Assembly (NCBI GenBank): GCA_044892505.1
Contig: CM097883.1
Coordinates: 424,080,001-424,144,000 of the forward strand
Direction: 5' to 3'
DNA: 64,000 nt
From: Schmidtea nova
Taxonomy: Eukaryota
The notes under the pieces are model-generated. The model worked only from the letters and a program-made list of their open reading frames with translations. It searched no databases and was not told the DNA's origin. The position numbers and the translations under genes were made by a program. Numbering within the stretch: position 1 is the stretch's first letter; every line of letters begins with the position of its first letter. Shown piece by piece: positions 12,601 to 23,200 of the stretch.

Positions 12601-13404
12601 GAAACATAAATCATCGGAATTAATTACATTTACTGTACAATGTTTCGCAACTAATGATTGAGGGGTATTTATATGACCTCTGCCACTCAATCGACTAATT
12701 TGGGCAAATTTAGTTAATACAAAATGGATTTCATTAACTTTGTTAATAACCCAATTACTCCCTTTATCGTTAATTAATGCTATTTTTTCATTTAAAAGAG
12801 TGATACCTTCATCAAAAAAGTTATCACTCATGGGTCTCGCAGAATTTGAAATGATAAATGATTGAAATTCACCATCTTTTTCAAACTCTACATCAATACA
12901 AAATTGTATTTTCACTGAACCCATCTCATTAATAACATTATTTAATTTATTAATTAAAATATCAGGTAAAATTAAAGTTTTCAAAACCAAGTGAGAAACA
13001 TCTATTTTTACAACAGCGTGAGATTTTCTCAAATCAAATTTAACGTTAGGAAGAAGGGACCCACCATATTGAACATCTATGGTGTTAATGTCATTATTAA
13101 AACTTGTGTCAGAGTCGGAAAGAATTTTCATATCGGACATTACCTCGTCAACTATATTACTTAATTTTCTAACTTTTGTAGGTAGTGGATTATCGATAAG
13201 GATTTTTCTTTTATTATTAATAACATTGATATCACTATTATTTATTGTTAAATTAAAAAGAGATTTTTTCGAAGATCTAAATTTCCTTAAATGATCCTTA
13301 TGGTCATCATAAAAGTTCAAAAAAGTCGAATTTTGGGTGGTCTTACATACGGGACATATAAAAAACGTGACTCCTTTATACGAATATCGGTAATATTTTC
13401 CCAT
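9655..13404 (-). pseudogene. polB: Protein-primed family B DNA polymerase (Polinton type, with endonuclease VII-like Zn insert); one in-frame TAA
   Basis: Exo I PFVVYADFEA, Exo II VIFHNLKGYD, Exo III DVFLLADFF, EndoVII-like CYLC...DHDH.TG.Y.GAACNSCN, motif A YIDINNLYG, motif B KLLNNSLYGK and motif C GDTDS. The two track ORFs are in the same frame and are separated only by TAA at 10872-10870 (...ENKLNK*IKLMDTD), giving about 1249 codons. Confidence 0.93.
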
Positions 13405-14205
13405 TAATTCAATACATTTATTATCATGAATTGATGATCGGCAAAAATTCGGAAAAAGTTTACCTTAAATATAAAAAATAATTAAAAATATGAAAAATAA
13501 ATGACAAGTATTTTAATATTAAAATTAATGTCATTATACAATAATTAATTAATAATTACAATAATAAAAATTTAATTAAATAATTTAAAAATTATGAAAA
13601 ATAATATTAATTAATTTCAATTATTATATTCTTAATTATAATTGTTTTAATAATAAGTTTTACTCAAAGATGTGAAATTTAAATTATTTACAAGTAATTT
13701 AAAAATATTAATTTAATATAATAATTTTCATATAGAACACATTATTTACTATGATAGAAAATTATTTATTAATAATTAATTTACAAAAACTTTAATTACT
13801 AGAATATTATTAAAAAATAAAGCAATAAGTAATAATAATCAATATTCAAATTAATTTTATATTCAAGTTAATTAATTATTATAAAAAATTAGAATAATTA
13901 TAATTAAAACTAGAATTGTTTTAATAATTAGTTATAAAATTCAAATTCTAATTATGTAAATAATTTTCAAAAATTAATAAACACTACAAAATTAATTAAA
14001 AAATAATTAATAACTTAAATAATATAGTTAATTATTTTAAGTTGTCATTAGTATTTATTCACTTATCAATGATAAATATTACAAATTCTATTGAATAATA
14101 AATAAAGATTATCCGTTAAATTACAAAATTGATAAAGAAAACTAATTATTAAATAATCTAAATTAATTTTTATGTACAAAGGTATTTAATTATAAATTGC
14201 ATTCA

Positions 14206-14391
14206 TTAAATAAATCGATACTTACAGTTATTTTCTTTTCTCTTTTCATCGTTAATTTTATTTTCTTTTGAATTATCCATTGTTTCAGATGCTTCAACAT
14301 TGTAAGCAATAGCATTGATCATGTTGTTTTCGACATCGTTGTTGTAATCATTGATCATGGTAATATCCATATTATTGTTGGTATTGTTCAT
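14206..14391 (-). CDS. Candidate short Asn-rich spliced gene upstream of pPolB
   Basis: A 48-nt GTAAG...TTTAG intron (14444-14397) lies just before ATG 14391. A donor GTAAGT lies at 14225, after KRKENN. ATTGG and TATAAA motifs lie upstream. The layout mirrors 2508-2903. Confidence 0.35.
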   Translation of the reverse strand: MNNTNNNMDITMINDYNNDVENNMINAIAYNVEASETMDNSKENKINDEKRKENNCKYRFI

Positions 14392-15380
14392 TTTATCTAA
14401 AATAAGTTGATTATTTAAAAACTTTAAAACAAAAATTAACTTACCAAATTTAGGTTGCGGTAAAAAGTGATTCTTAAATGAAAAACTATTGTTTATATAC
14501 TAAATTCAAAAATTTTTAACCAATCAAATTCGAGGAAACATACACACACGTTTGTAAATACCACAGTGTAATTTATTTCTACAATTAAATTTTGTAAAAT
14601 TATTGAACACATAATTTATTGTTATAAATATATGTCATCAATTAATGTTAAATATAAATTATTATTAAAATACAATTTAATAAATTAAGATTAATTTTAA
14701 AGTTAAATTACACTAATAAATTATAAAAATTATTACAAGTAATTAAAATTAATTATTAGATAAATTGTAAATTAATTGAAATAAAAATTAATTAATTAAA
14801 ATAAAAATTAATTAATTAAAAGAAAACTAATTATTCGCAAAGTTATTAGTTTTTACATAATGATTATTGTAGAGAATTAGAATATAAATTGTTACAGTAA
14901 AAACACAATTAAAGTATCAAATAAAATCAATTATTTACAACAAAACCCATATGTAACACGATAATTTTTAAATTTCTAATCAAACAATTTAGTGGAAAAT
15001 TTATACATATAATGAAAACTCTAAAAAATTATTTTAAAATTACAAAAATAACAAGAAAAAATGTGTGCAACAAGAAAAATGACTAATTTTATATTTTAAT
15101 TTAAACCATTTTATAGGAAATTAAATTCTACATATACACTGTTAATGTGAAAACTCATTATCTTTATTACAACTTCAAAGAAAACAAATTAATATCAACA
15201 AAACATGTGTGCAGCGCGCAAAACACAACATTTTAAATTTTCATTTCGGCCATCTTGTAGAGAGTAAATTTCTGTCTATACATTGTTACAGCGAGAAAAA
15301 CGAATAATTTCAATTTGAGGCATAAATAAAGAAAAAAGAAAAATTAAAAATGTTGATAGTAGAGTAGGGGGAGCGCCCAA

Positions 15381-15899
15381 TATTGTAAAAATAATTGTTT
15401 TTGTTTACAAATATTAATAAATTTCATCTGTTCTTGCAGTTGCACTCTGTTGAATCGTCTTTAAAATTTTGACTATTGTCACAATTCTCGAATTAATTCC
15501 ATCTGTTTTCATAGTTGCCACATTCGATTTTCTAAAGTTATCAGTTAAAAAACAATTACTCAAAATGTTAGCCAGTACATTCAAACAAAAATTTCATTTA
15601 ATTAAGTAAAGAACATGTTTTCGTTTGTTGTACGGATAATAATTAATATGTTGTGTATTTTGACGTTACCAATAGTAGTCATGGGGGTTACACAATGGTG
15701 TGTTTATCTTAGCAATAGTTACTTCAGGACTTAAATATTAACATGTGTGGTTACCTTAGCAATAGTGACAGGGAGACTATACTTTAATGTATGTATTTAC
15801 CCCGGGACTATATATTGATCTGTGTGTTTACCTTAACTATATCTTCCCCAGGACTATATATTGATGTGTATGTGTTAACTTTAGCAACATCTGGCTATA

Positions 15900-15940
<41 letters not shown>

Positions 15941-16281
15941 ATGTGTGTGTGTGTGTTTACCCTGGAAACAGGTTCCTCAGTGAATATATAATGATGTGTG
16001 TGTTTACCTTAACTACAGGTTCCTTGGGGACTCTTTATACGCGCGTGTTTATCTTAGCAACAGATTCCAATGCACTACACTTTAATGTGCGTATTTACCC
16101 TAGCAATATCTTCCCGGTAATTATATATTAATGTGTGTGCTTACCTTAGCAATAACTGCCTCGAGGAATATATTGATGTGTGTGTTAACCCTGGCAACAG
16201 GTTCATCGGGGAATATATATATATATATTTATGTGTGTGCACGTTCACCCTGACAATACCTGAATTGAGGAATATCTTGAT
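15381..16281 (-). repeat. Right terminal inverted repeat (outer end truncated)
   Basis: Reverse complement of 8555-9475. Confidence 0.9.
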
Positions 16282-18071
16282 TCATTTTCCCACTTGACTG
16301 GCGACTGATCGATATATTTGCATTCAATACAATTTTTTACCACATTCTATATGACGTCTCGAGGGGCATCTGGGTTTTCCAACTGAACAAAATAAATAGA
16401 TTTATCTAGACCAAAATGTTGTTTGCTCTGACGGTACTTTACTTGTTCTGAGGATAATCCCATGTATCCAAAAGACGCTCTAGACTTCAACTATTTCTTT
16501 AATACGCGCATCAGTATATCGGCTCGGTTTAACGCTGATTTCACTAATTGTACATGAATAAGAATTCTATAATTTTCGATAATCTCTTTTATTATTTCCA
16601 AACTACGTCTAATTAAAGTCTCTGAAATCCTATTTATTGTTAAGAACTGTTCTCAGCCAGCCTACCACCGTCGCCGATTCCACCATCACTTCGATTTTTT
16701 AAACGCCAATGTGATTGCTATGTTTGCGCCTTTAAGATGTGCATCGAGCTCAGCGATGTTTATATGTGAATGGTCAAGACCAAAATCTAAGACCAAATCC
16801 TAGTCTTGTGAGATACTATGTCCTCTTTTTATAGCGAATCTTTGGGAATTCCTAACGATCTTTACATACATATAACTGCAATTAAGCTTTTTTTTAAGTC
16901 AAGCATCGATAACTGTTCTCCTGCCTGCCTCCGTCTTTTTACACTCTCACCACAAACATCACTATCGCTAGTGTGACTCTTCACGAGTTCTTTGAGTTCC
17001 TTAAAGTCAAGAACGGGTCAAACTTTCCCCTTATATTCTTGTACTGCAGCTAGAAGAGGAAGAATGCCGCAGCCGGTATTCTCAGAGGGGGTTAGCTAGC
17101 CCTCCATTATCCATCACTCCACCTTAGCTTTATATTCTTGTCGCACTTCAGGATAAATTACGTATTCGGCAACGTTGTTCCGCATTATATAGGGGGTTTG
17201 TCTTTCCTATTCGAGGATATTGTCCACTTGTCTCGGTCAAAACTTGCTGCAAAATCATCGTCATAGATAATGCTGGCACAGATACTCGAGTACATTCACC
17301 AAGCTGTATGCCATAATTGTCAATTGAGACTCCCCTAAGACGTTCAATCGCATTGAGACTAATAATAACATTCACTCCGGCTATAAGATTCGTCATTATT
17401 AAAGCAATTTAACACAAAACTTGTTCCTCTAACTCTCTCCTTCATAGTGGACTCTTCTACCATTTACTGCAACAACATCTCTAGCTTCAGCACTCTCTTC
17501 TGCACAGATCCGAGAAACAATGGTTTACAAATATCAAGAGTCGACTAGTCCAGTGCATGACTTTCCATTCACTCTGAGTCTGACAATTATTTGCGCCACC
17601 CTTGACTTTACTGAAAAACCGCTGATGCTCCAGTTTCTCTTCTGGCGTTTTCCTGCGAGCTTGAAGAGCATTGTCTGGACAAAAGCCCCTTGATTCCACA
17701 TGTCTAACACTCTTGAGAAGGACATTTATTTTTGAAATGTCCAGATTTTCCACATCAATAGCACAGTTTGATTTCTTTACCCGGCACAAAACCACTTTCC
17801 TTCACTGCAATTAGACCAGAAGAGCCGTTTTGTTTGGATATTAGTGGTCGAGCTTGTCGAACAACTTCTGAAAGTTTCATTTTGAAGATCCTCGCTGAAA
17901 CTTTAAGCTGGTGGGAGACCATAGATGGAAGTCCTACTACAAACGCTATCTTGAGAAGCCCGTCATCATAAATCCAAGCCAGCGTAGCCAATCACTGAAG
18001 ATACGCAAGAAACACATCAACTGGCTCACAATTCCATAGTCGATTGTGAAACGTGTCGTAAGCCTGGAAGC
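16282..18071 (-). mobile_element. Decayed older Ty3/Gypsy retrotransposon (gag 3' part, protease, RNase H; RT not seen)
   Basis: Gag-like FQAYDTFHNRLWNCEPVDVFLAYLQ*LATLA...LLKIAFVVGLPSMVSHQLK. Protease-like LRVNGKSCTGLVDS. RNase H-like HINIAELDAHLKGANIA...VESATVVGWL at about 16660-16780. Many stops and frameshifts. Confidence 0.75.
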
Positions 18072-18881
18072 TGTTGGGGTTTAGTAAAAATTAGAAAAAT
18101 ACAAAAATAAAAATCATAAAAATTTAGTAAAAATCAATAAAGTATAAAATTTTCAAAATTAATTAAAATTTAGGTAAAATTCGAAAACCGAGAATTAGCG
18201 GGGGAAATTGGTATGGGTGGATGCCGAATATTGAAACGAATCCAAAAATAATAAAACAAAGTCAATGGGGGGTCCCCAGAAAGAAATAATTAAAATATTA
18301 AAATATTAATTAATAATTAATTGGCTAAGGGAAAGCCCGAGCAAATGGGAAACCCGAGACAATGGAGAACCCGGAGAGTGTGGGAAACCCGGACAAGCAA
18401 TATGACAGGTAATAATTCCTGAGAAAAATAACTTTGGAATAGACCCGGAGAGTAACCGACAGATGGAAAATTAAAACGTCAAATCTTAAAGTACCATTTG
18501 ACAGTTGCAGCGAAGTGGGAAACCAATCACCAGAAACAGTATAAAAGGGAACGACAAATACTAAAGTTTGCCAGAATGGTCGAAGAAAAAGTGAGTGAAT
18601 TCAGCAAGTGAGGAGTTAAGAGCGATATTTGAAAAGTTCCAAACCAAATTTATTATTCCAGCGTACCAGAAAGGGAGATCTTCCTTGGGGAGACTTATCC
18701 CTACGCGAAGTCGGAGAAGCAGTGATAAAAGTTATTGTGAAATTTTAAAGAGACTTAGTGTGTCAAAAGTGTGATTGTTACAAATAAATTCTTCTGTGTT
18801 GGGTTATTTTATTGAATCAAATTTAAAGAACACCGAGGAGTCAGACTAACAGCACCGACTAAACATCGCAAATACCCAACA
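18072..18881 (+). repeat. 5' LTR of element 1
   Basis: Direct repeat of 34518-35327; I saw one substitution (AAATCTTAAA vs AAATCGTAAA). CCAAT at 18523, TATAAAA at 18540, AATAAA at 18783. Confidence 0.97.
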
Positions 18882-18884
18882 TTT

Positions 18885-18902
18885 TGGTGAGCCCGACGTG
18901 AT
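18885..18902 (+). promoter_or_regulatory. Primer-binding site, tRNA-Trp
   Basis: TGGTGAGCCCGACGTGAT lies 3 nt after the LTR. Its reverse complement ATCACGTCGGGCTCACCA matches the animal tRNA-Trp 3' end as I recall it (ATCACGTCGGGGTCACCA) at 17 of 18 positions. Confidence 0.85.
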
Positions 18903-19165
18903 CCAAAGTCGGTGAAAGGTTATTAAAAGGAAATACTCAAAATTCCGAAGCGAGCAAAGTAACAAAATGAAAGCAAATTGAATAATTATTGATTAAAACG
19001 TAAACGTTACTCGTTGAAATTGTAAAGGTAATCGAATAAAGTTGTGGAAAGCAGTTCAACAAAAAGTAAAATTTTATAATTGATACATTAAAATTCAGAA
19101 GAGATAAAGTTATACCAACCAGACCATTTTACGATTTGAGAAGCAACAGGAAACCAGAAGACGAA

Positions 19166-20261
19166 ATGAACAACCCAAACGGTCATGATGATACACCCAT
19201 GTCCACAAGCAATACCGGAAATGGCAATGACTATGCTAGCTGCCAAAAATTACCAGTTAACCAATATGGGGGCGATCCAGTGGAATTTGTCGACTTTATG
19301 GCAGATTACTATATGTATGCCACAGCCTATGGATGGAGCCAATCAATAATGGTGCAAAGACTACCGCTGTATTTAAAGGGAGCAGCAAGAGAAGCCTGGC
19401 AACAAATTGACAAAAGGACAATTGCCAATGACTGGACAAAACTGAAAGATGCCTTAGCCGCGAAGTTAGTCGGAGGAGACATCAAACGGATAATGAGGCA
19501 GAAATTCTATAATAGAGTACAAAAATCAGACAAATCCGTAAGTGAATTTACATACCATTTGACCACGCTTGCAGAAAAGGCCTTCGAAGTAAAACCGGAA
19601 CAGATTGAAGTGGCAAAGCAGGTAAAGGAACTATTACAAGATCAGTTCTTAGCGGGAGTAAAAGGGGAAATCAAAAAAGCCTTATGTTATGTAGATTTCA
19701 ATAACTTCGATGAGTTAATCAAAAAGGCTATGAAAATTGAATTAAATTTAAAAAGTGCAAAGCCGAAATCAGAATCCTTCGCCATTATCAATGAATCAAG
19801 AGAAAGATCCAATTCTCCAGTCAGAAACAATCGGCTCCAGCAATCAAGTAGTCCATCACCAAAATTTAGACCAAATTTTGAGATGAATAACACGTGTTCA
19901 AATTGACGAAAAAGAACAACCAATTCAATGCAGTTATTGTCAACGGATGGGACATCATGCCGATCAATGTTGGTTCAAGAACCGATCGCAAAAAAGCCCA
20001 ACTCCAATTCAATGTGATCACTGTCAAAAGATTGGTCACAATAACAATCAATGCTGGTCTAAAAATAATGTACAACGAAGCCCAAAACGAATGTGGCCAG
20101 ATTGAACTAATGATAATATACAATGCTACAATTGTGGAAGGAAAGGACATGTTTCACGTAATTGTTTTGCTAGTTCGAGATCTCCATCCACTTCGCCATC
20201 ACCACAACGAGATAGAGTGAACCTTCAAGGCCAAATTCAATGTCATTCATGTCGAGACTAT
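19166..20261 (+). pseudogene. gag: Gag (capsid domain plus four CCHC zinc knuckles), interrupted by a +1 frameshift and a TGA
   Basis: Capsid motifs WSQSIMVQRLPLYLKGAAREAW, QKSDKSVSEF and DQFLAG. In the frame of ORF 20217, upstream sequence reads CSYCQRMGHHADQC, CDHCQKIGHNNNQC, then TGA at 20103, then CYNCGRKGHVSRNC and CHSCRDYGHMARSC. The frame switches at about 19887-19903. Confidence 0.9.
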
Positions 20262-23200
20262 GGACATATGGCTAGATCATGCCCGAGAAATGTCGATAAA
20301 TTTCAGAAACCAATATTAAAAAAATCAATTCGTTTTCAAAATGATAGAATGCCAGCAGAAAATGTTGCTTTTGTTCAATTAGACGAATTTAATGATAGAA
20401 TTGAAAGTCAATTGAAAGAAATGGGTCGACGCTTGGATCGTTTAATGTCTAAGTTTGAATCTGATGAGGAATTAGATAATCACATGATGTATGGGTCGGA
20501 TATGACTGAAACGGAAGCGAAAGGAGTATGTACAAAGGACGATTTGGAAAGCGAAAAAGTTACAATAATGATGAAGAGACTTGAGAAATTGCTAGAAGCT
20601 AGCGCAAAAGAGTCATCCAAAATATTAATGTCAATTAAAAAGTTGAGTCAAATGTCACTGAGTATGAGAAAACTAAAATGCGTGATTAATTTGTGTGCAA
20701 ACTATTATCAAATAAATTTAGCAGATAGAGATGAAATCAAAGAGTTGATGAAAACATTTGGAAAAGCATTCCGAGAAAATGGATGGTTAGATTTTATTTT
20801 TATTGATGTTGTTAATGAATGTGATAAAAGTCTGATTACTTTTCGATGTGAAGCCTATGATTGTGTTAAAGATTTAAAAAGGAGACTAAGAGAAAAATGC
20901 GAAGGATGGGTAGTAGAATTAAAATTTAAAAATAGAGAATTAGATAACGAGGAATATTTGGTAGACTGTGGGTTTATACCAGGAGATAAAAATGAGTTAC
21001 AAATAGTCAATATGAGGAGTAGTTGTGAAATGGTGAAAAGTGATCCGAGGGAAGTGTTAAGGGAGCTATCTGATGTTTTATATATTGGCGATGAAAGCGA
21101 AATAAATGAAATAGTGAAATTAATTGAGAAATCTGAATTTGAGCAAAAGGATAAAATAGAAATTATCAACGTAATACGACCGCATCTGTTTAAAAGAACC
21201 AGATATAGTAGAAATTTAAAGAGATTACTGAGAAAATTGGGCAAAGAGCTTAGAGAAGATAGAGCAGAATTGAATTTATTAGTAATTGCAATAGAATACG
21301 AAGATATTAGAAAAACTGAGTATGTAGAAGAGCATTGGTGTACGAAAGTGCGGAAAATACGTAGAAGAGCTACGGAGATGTTAGGACAAGATGGAATTAT
21401 AGTATTGAAACATAAAGGTGAAGCACTGGATGACGATGAATATTTATACGACTGTGGATGCATGCCACAAGAATTAGATGAATATGGATATTTAAGTACT
21501 GACGGAAGTCAGGGATATTTAATTAACCATATAATAGCAAATAAAGAATTTAACCAGAGAATGCTTGGCAACGGGGAATCCTCCGACACAGAAGAAAAGA
21601 GAGATGAAATAGGAGAAAATGAAACCGCAATAGCTAACGATGAAGGTGATGATCAGAAAGAAGTCAATATTCAGGTAGCAGAAACTACAATTAGCAGAGA
21701 GACAAATGTCGAGAAAGTGGAAATGAATAATTGGAGTACTAAACCTAGAACTTTATATGAGATGAAGAAATATTTGGTAAATATAGAGCGGGAAGTTGAT
21801 GAAACTAAAGGAATAATAAGAAACCTAGTTAAAACTGTTTACCCAATTCTAAAAATAAAACCAGAAGCTGAGGAGGAATTGAAAGGGATGGTTGAGGAAG
21901 TGAAAGAGAGACTTCCAAAAATTGAGCATGAATTTGAAAAAAAGGGTGATTTCTGTAAAAGAGAAAGGATTGAAAAATTGATCGAAAATGGAATCGATAG
22001 AAAAACAGTGTTAACAAGTTTAACACATGTGGTTTCCGAAATTGGTATTCGTGCATTTACTAGGCCAGATCAGATTGAGAATTTGATTGACACTGCGGCT
22101 CGACTATTAAATGAATGTTTGATGAAAGGGATAAAAGAGCTTGGAGGGTGGAAAGCATTAAATTCATCTATAACAAAGAAAAGAAAGAAACAAGAAGATG
22201 AGAATCCACCTCAAAGAAAGTTGAACGAAAAAGTAGACCCTAAACTAAGAAAAACTACGATATTCCCTTGGGTGCTGTTCATGATGGTTATTTTATGCAC
22301 AATAATTGCACAAGCTACTTCATTGGTGGCATACGATTGCTCACAAACAGAAATGGGGAAAATTTATTCTGTGGTCGATATGACAGAATGCCCAGATGCA
22401 TACCCAAGAAAATTAAAAATTGAAAATGAAGCAAAATATCATGTTTACCAAGAATCCGATTTACGGCGTTCTCAAGTTAGGGAATGTATCGTTAAACGAA
22501 CCACGTTCGTATTCTTTTGTGGCAAATGGAGCCATACTTCGATGATAAAAATGCATGCTATTCCACGACCGGTGGACGTGTTACCAGAAAACTGTTTAAC
22601 GGCATTTCAAACAGGGGAATTAAAAATTAGTCCTGAAATTCGATTGAAAGCTCGAGTAAACCATCAAATCAGAGAAACATTAATTGTGAAAGGAGTAATG
22701 AAATCAGACGGCGATTGTGAGGGAGAACCGTATAAAATAAATGATCAAGTGATAAAACAAGCAGTAGTAATAGAGGAATATCTAACAGAATTGAGAGTAT
22801 TCGAAGGGTCGTTTGATGACGATACAGGAAAGTTACAAACTCATCCATTCTGTAATATGAAACAAACTAGTTGTCACACTGGGGAATTGATTCTTGTCTA
22901 TGATGTCAAGACTAATATATGCAATTTATCCCATTTAAAAACTATTAATTTCAAAGAATTGAGCGGAGAGCAATTTAGGGAAAGACCGGACAATTTTAAT
23001 GTGAATTATAAACCGAACAATACAGTTAGATCAACCCAAGTTTGGACGAGACAAACGGCAACAGTGTTAATGTCAACATTGCCAGCAGACAGCATGCGAT
23101 TCATAAAAAAGGACATAACGAGTAAATGTGGTCAAACTGTATATGCAACAAATTACAAAGGAGTTTATGTATCTAAAACAATCGTATATGAGGCTAAAAC

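Larger units (their letters stand above)
8487..16281 (-). mobile_element. Polinton-derived element bounded by ~0.9 kb inverted repeats and containing only pPolB
   Basis: 8555-9475 is the reverse complement of 15381-16281, apart from microsatellite lengths and a few substitutions. The left end starts with AGTAG (8487), as Polinton termini do. The right repeat lacks its outer ~70 bp, so the TSD cannot be checked. Confidence 0.8.

Noticed and set aside
9655-13404. Phage, adenovirus or organellar linear-plasmid origin of the polymerase
   Set aside because: The EndoVII-like insert, AGTAG terminus and neighbouring Polinton capsid/protease relics fit the Polinton family better.
19894-20220. 108-aa ORF as a real gene
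   Set aside because: The overlapping frame encodes three CCHC zinc knuckles continuous with ORF 20217, so this ORF is a shadow.
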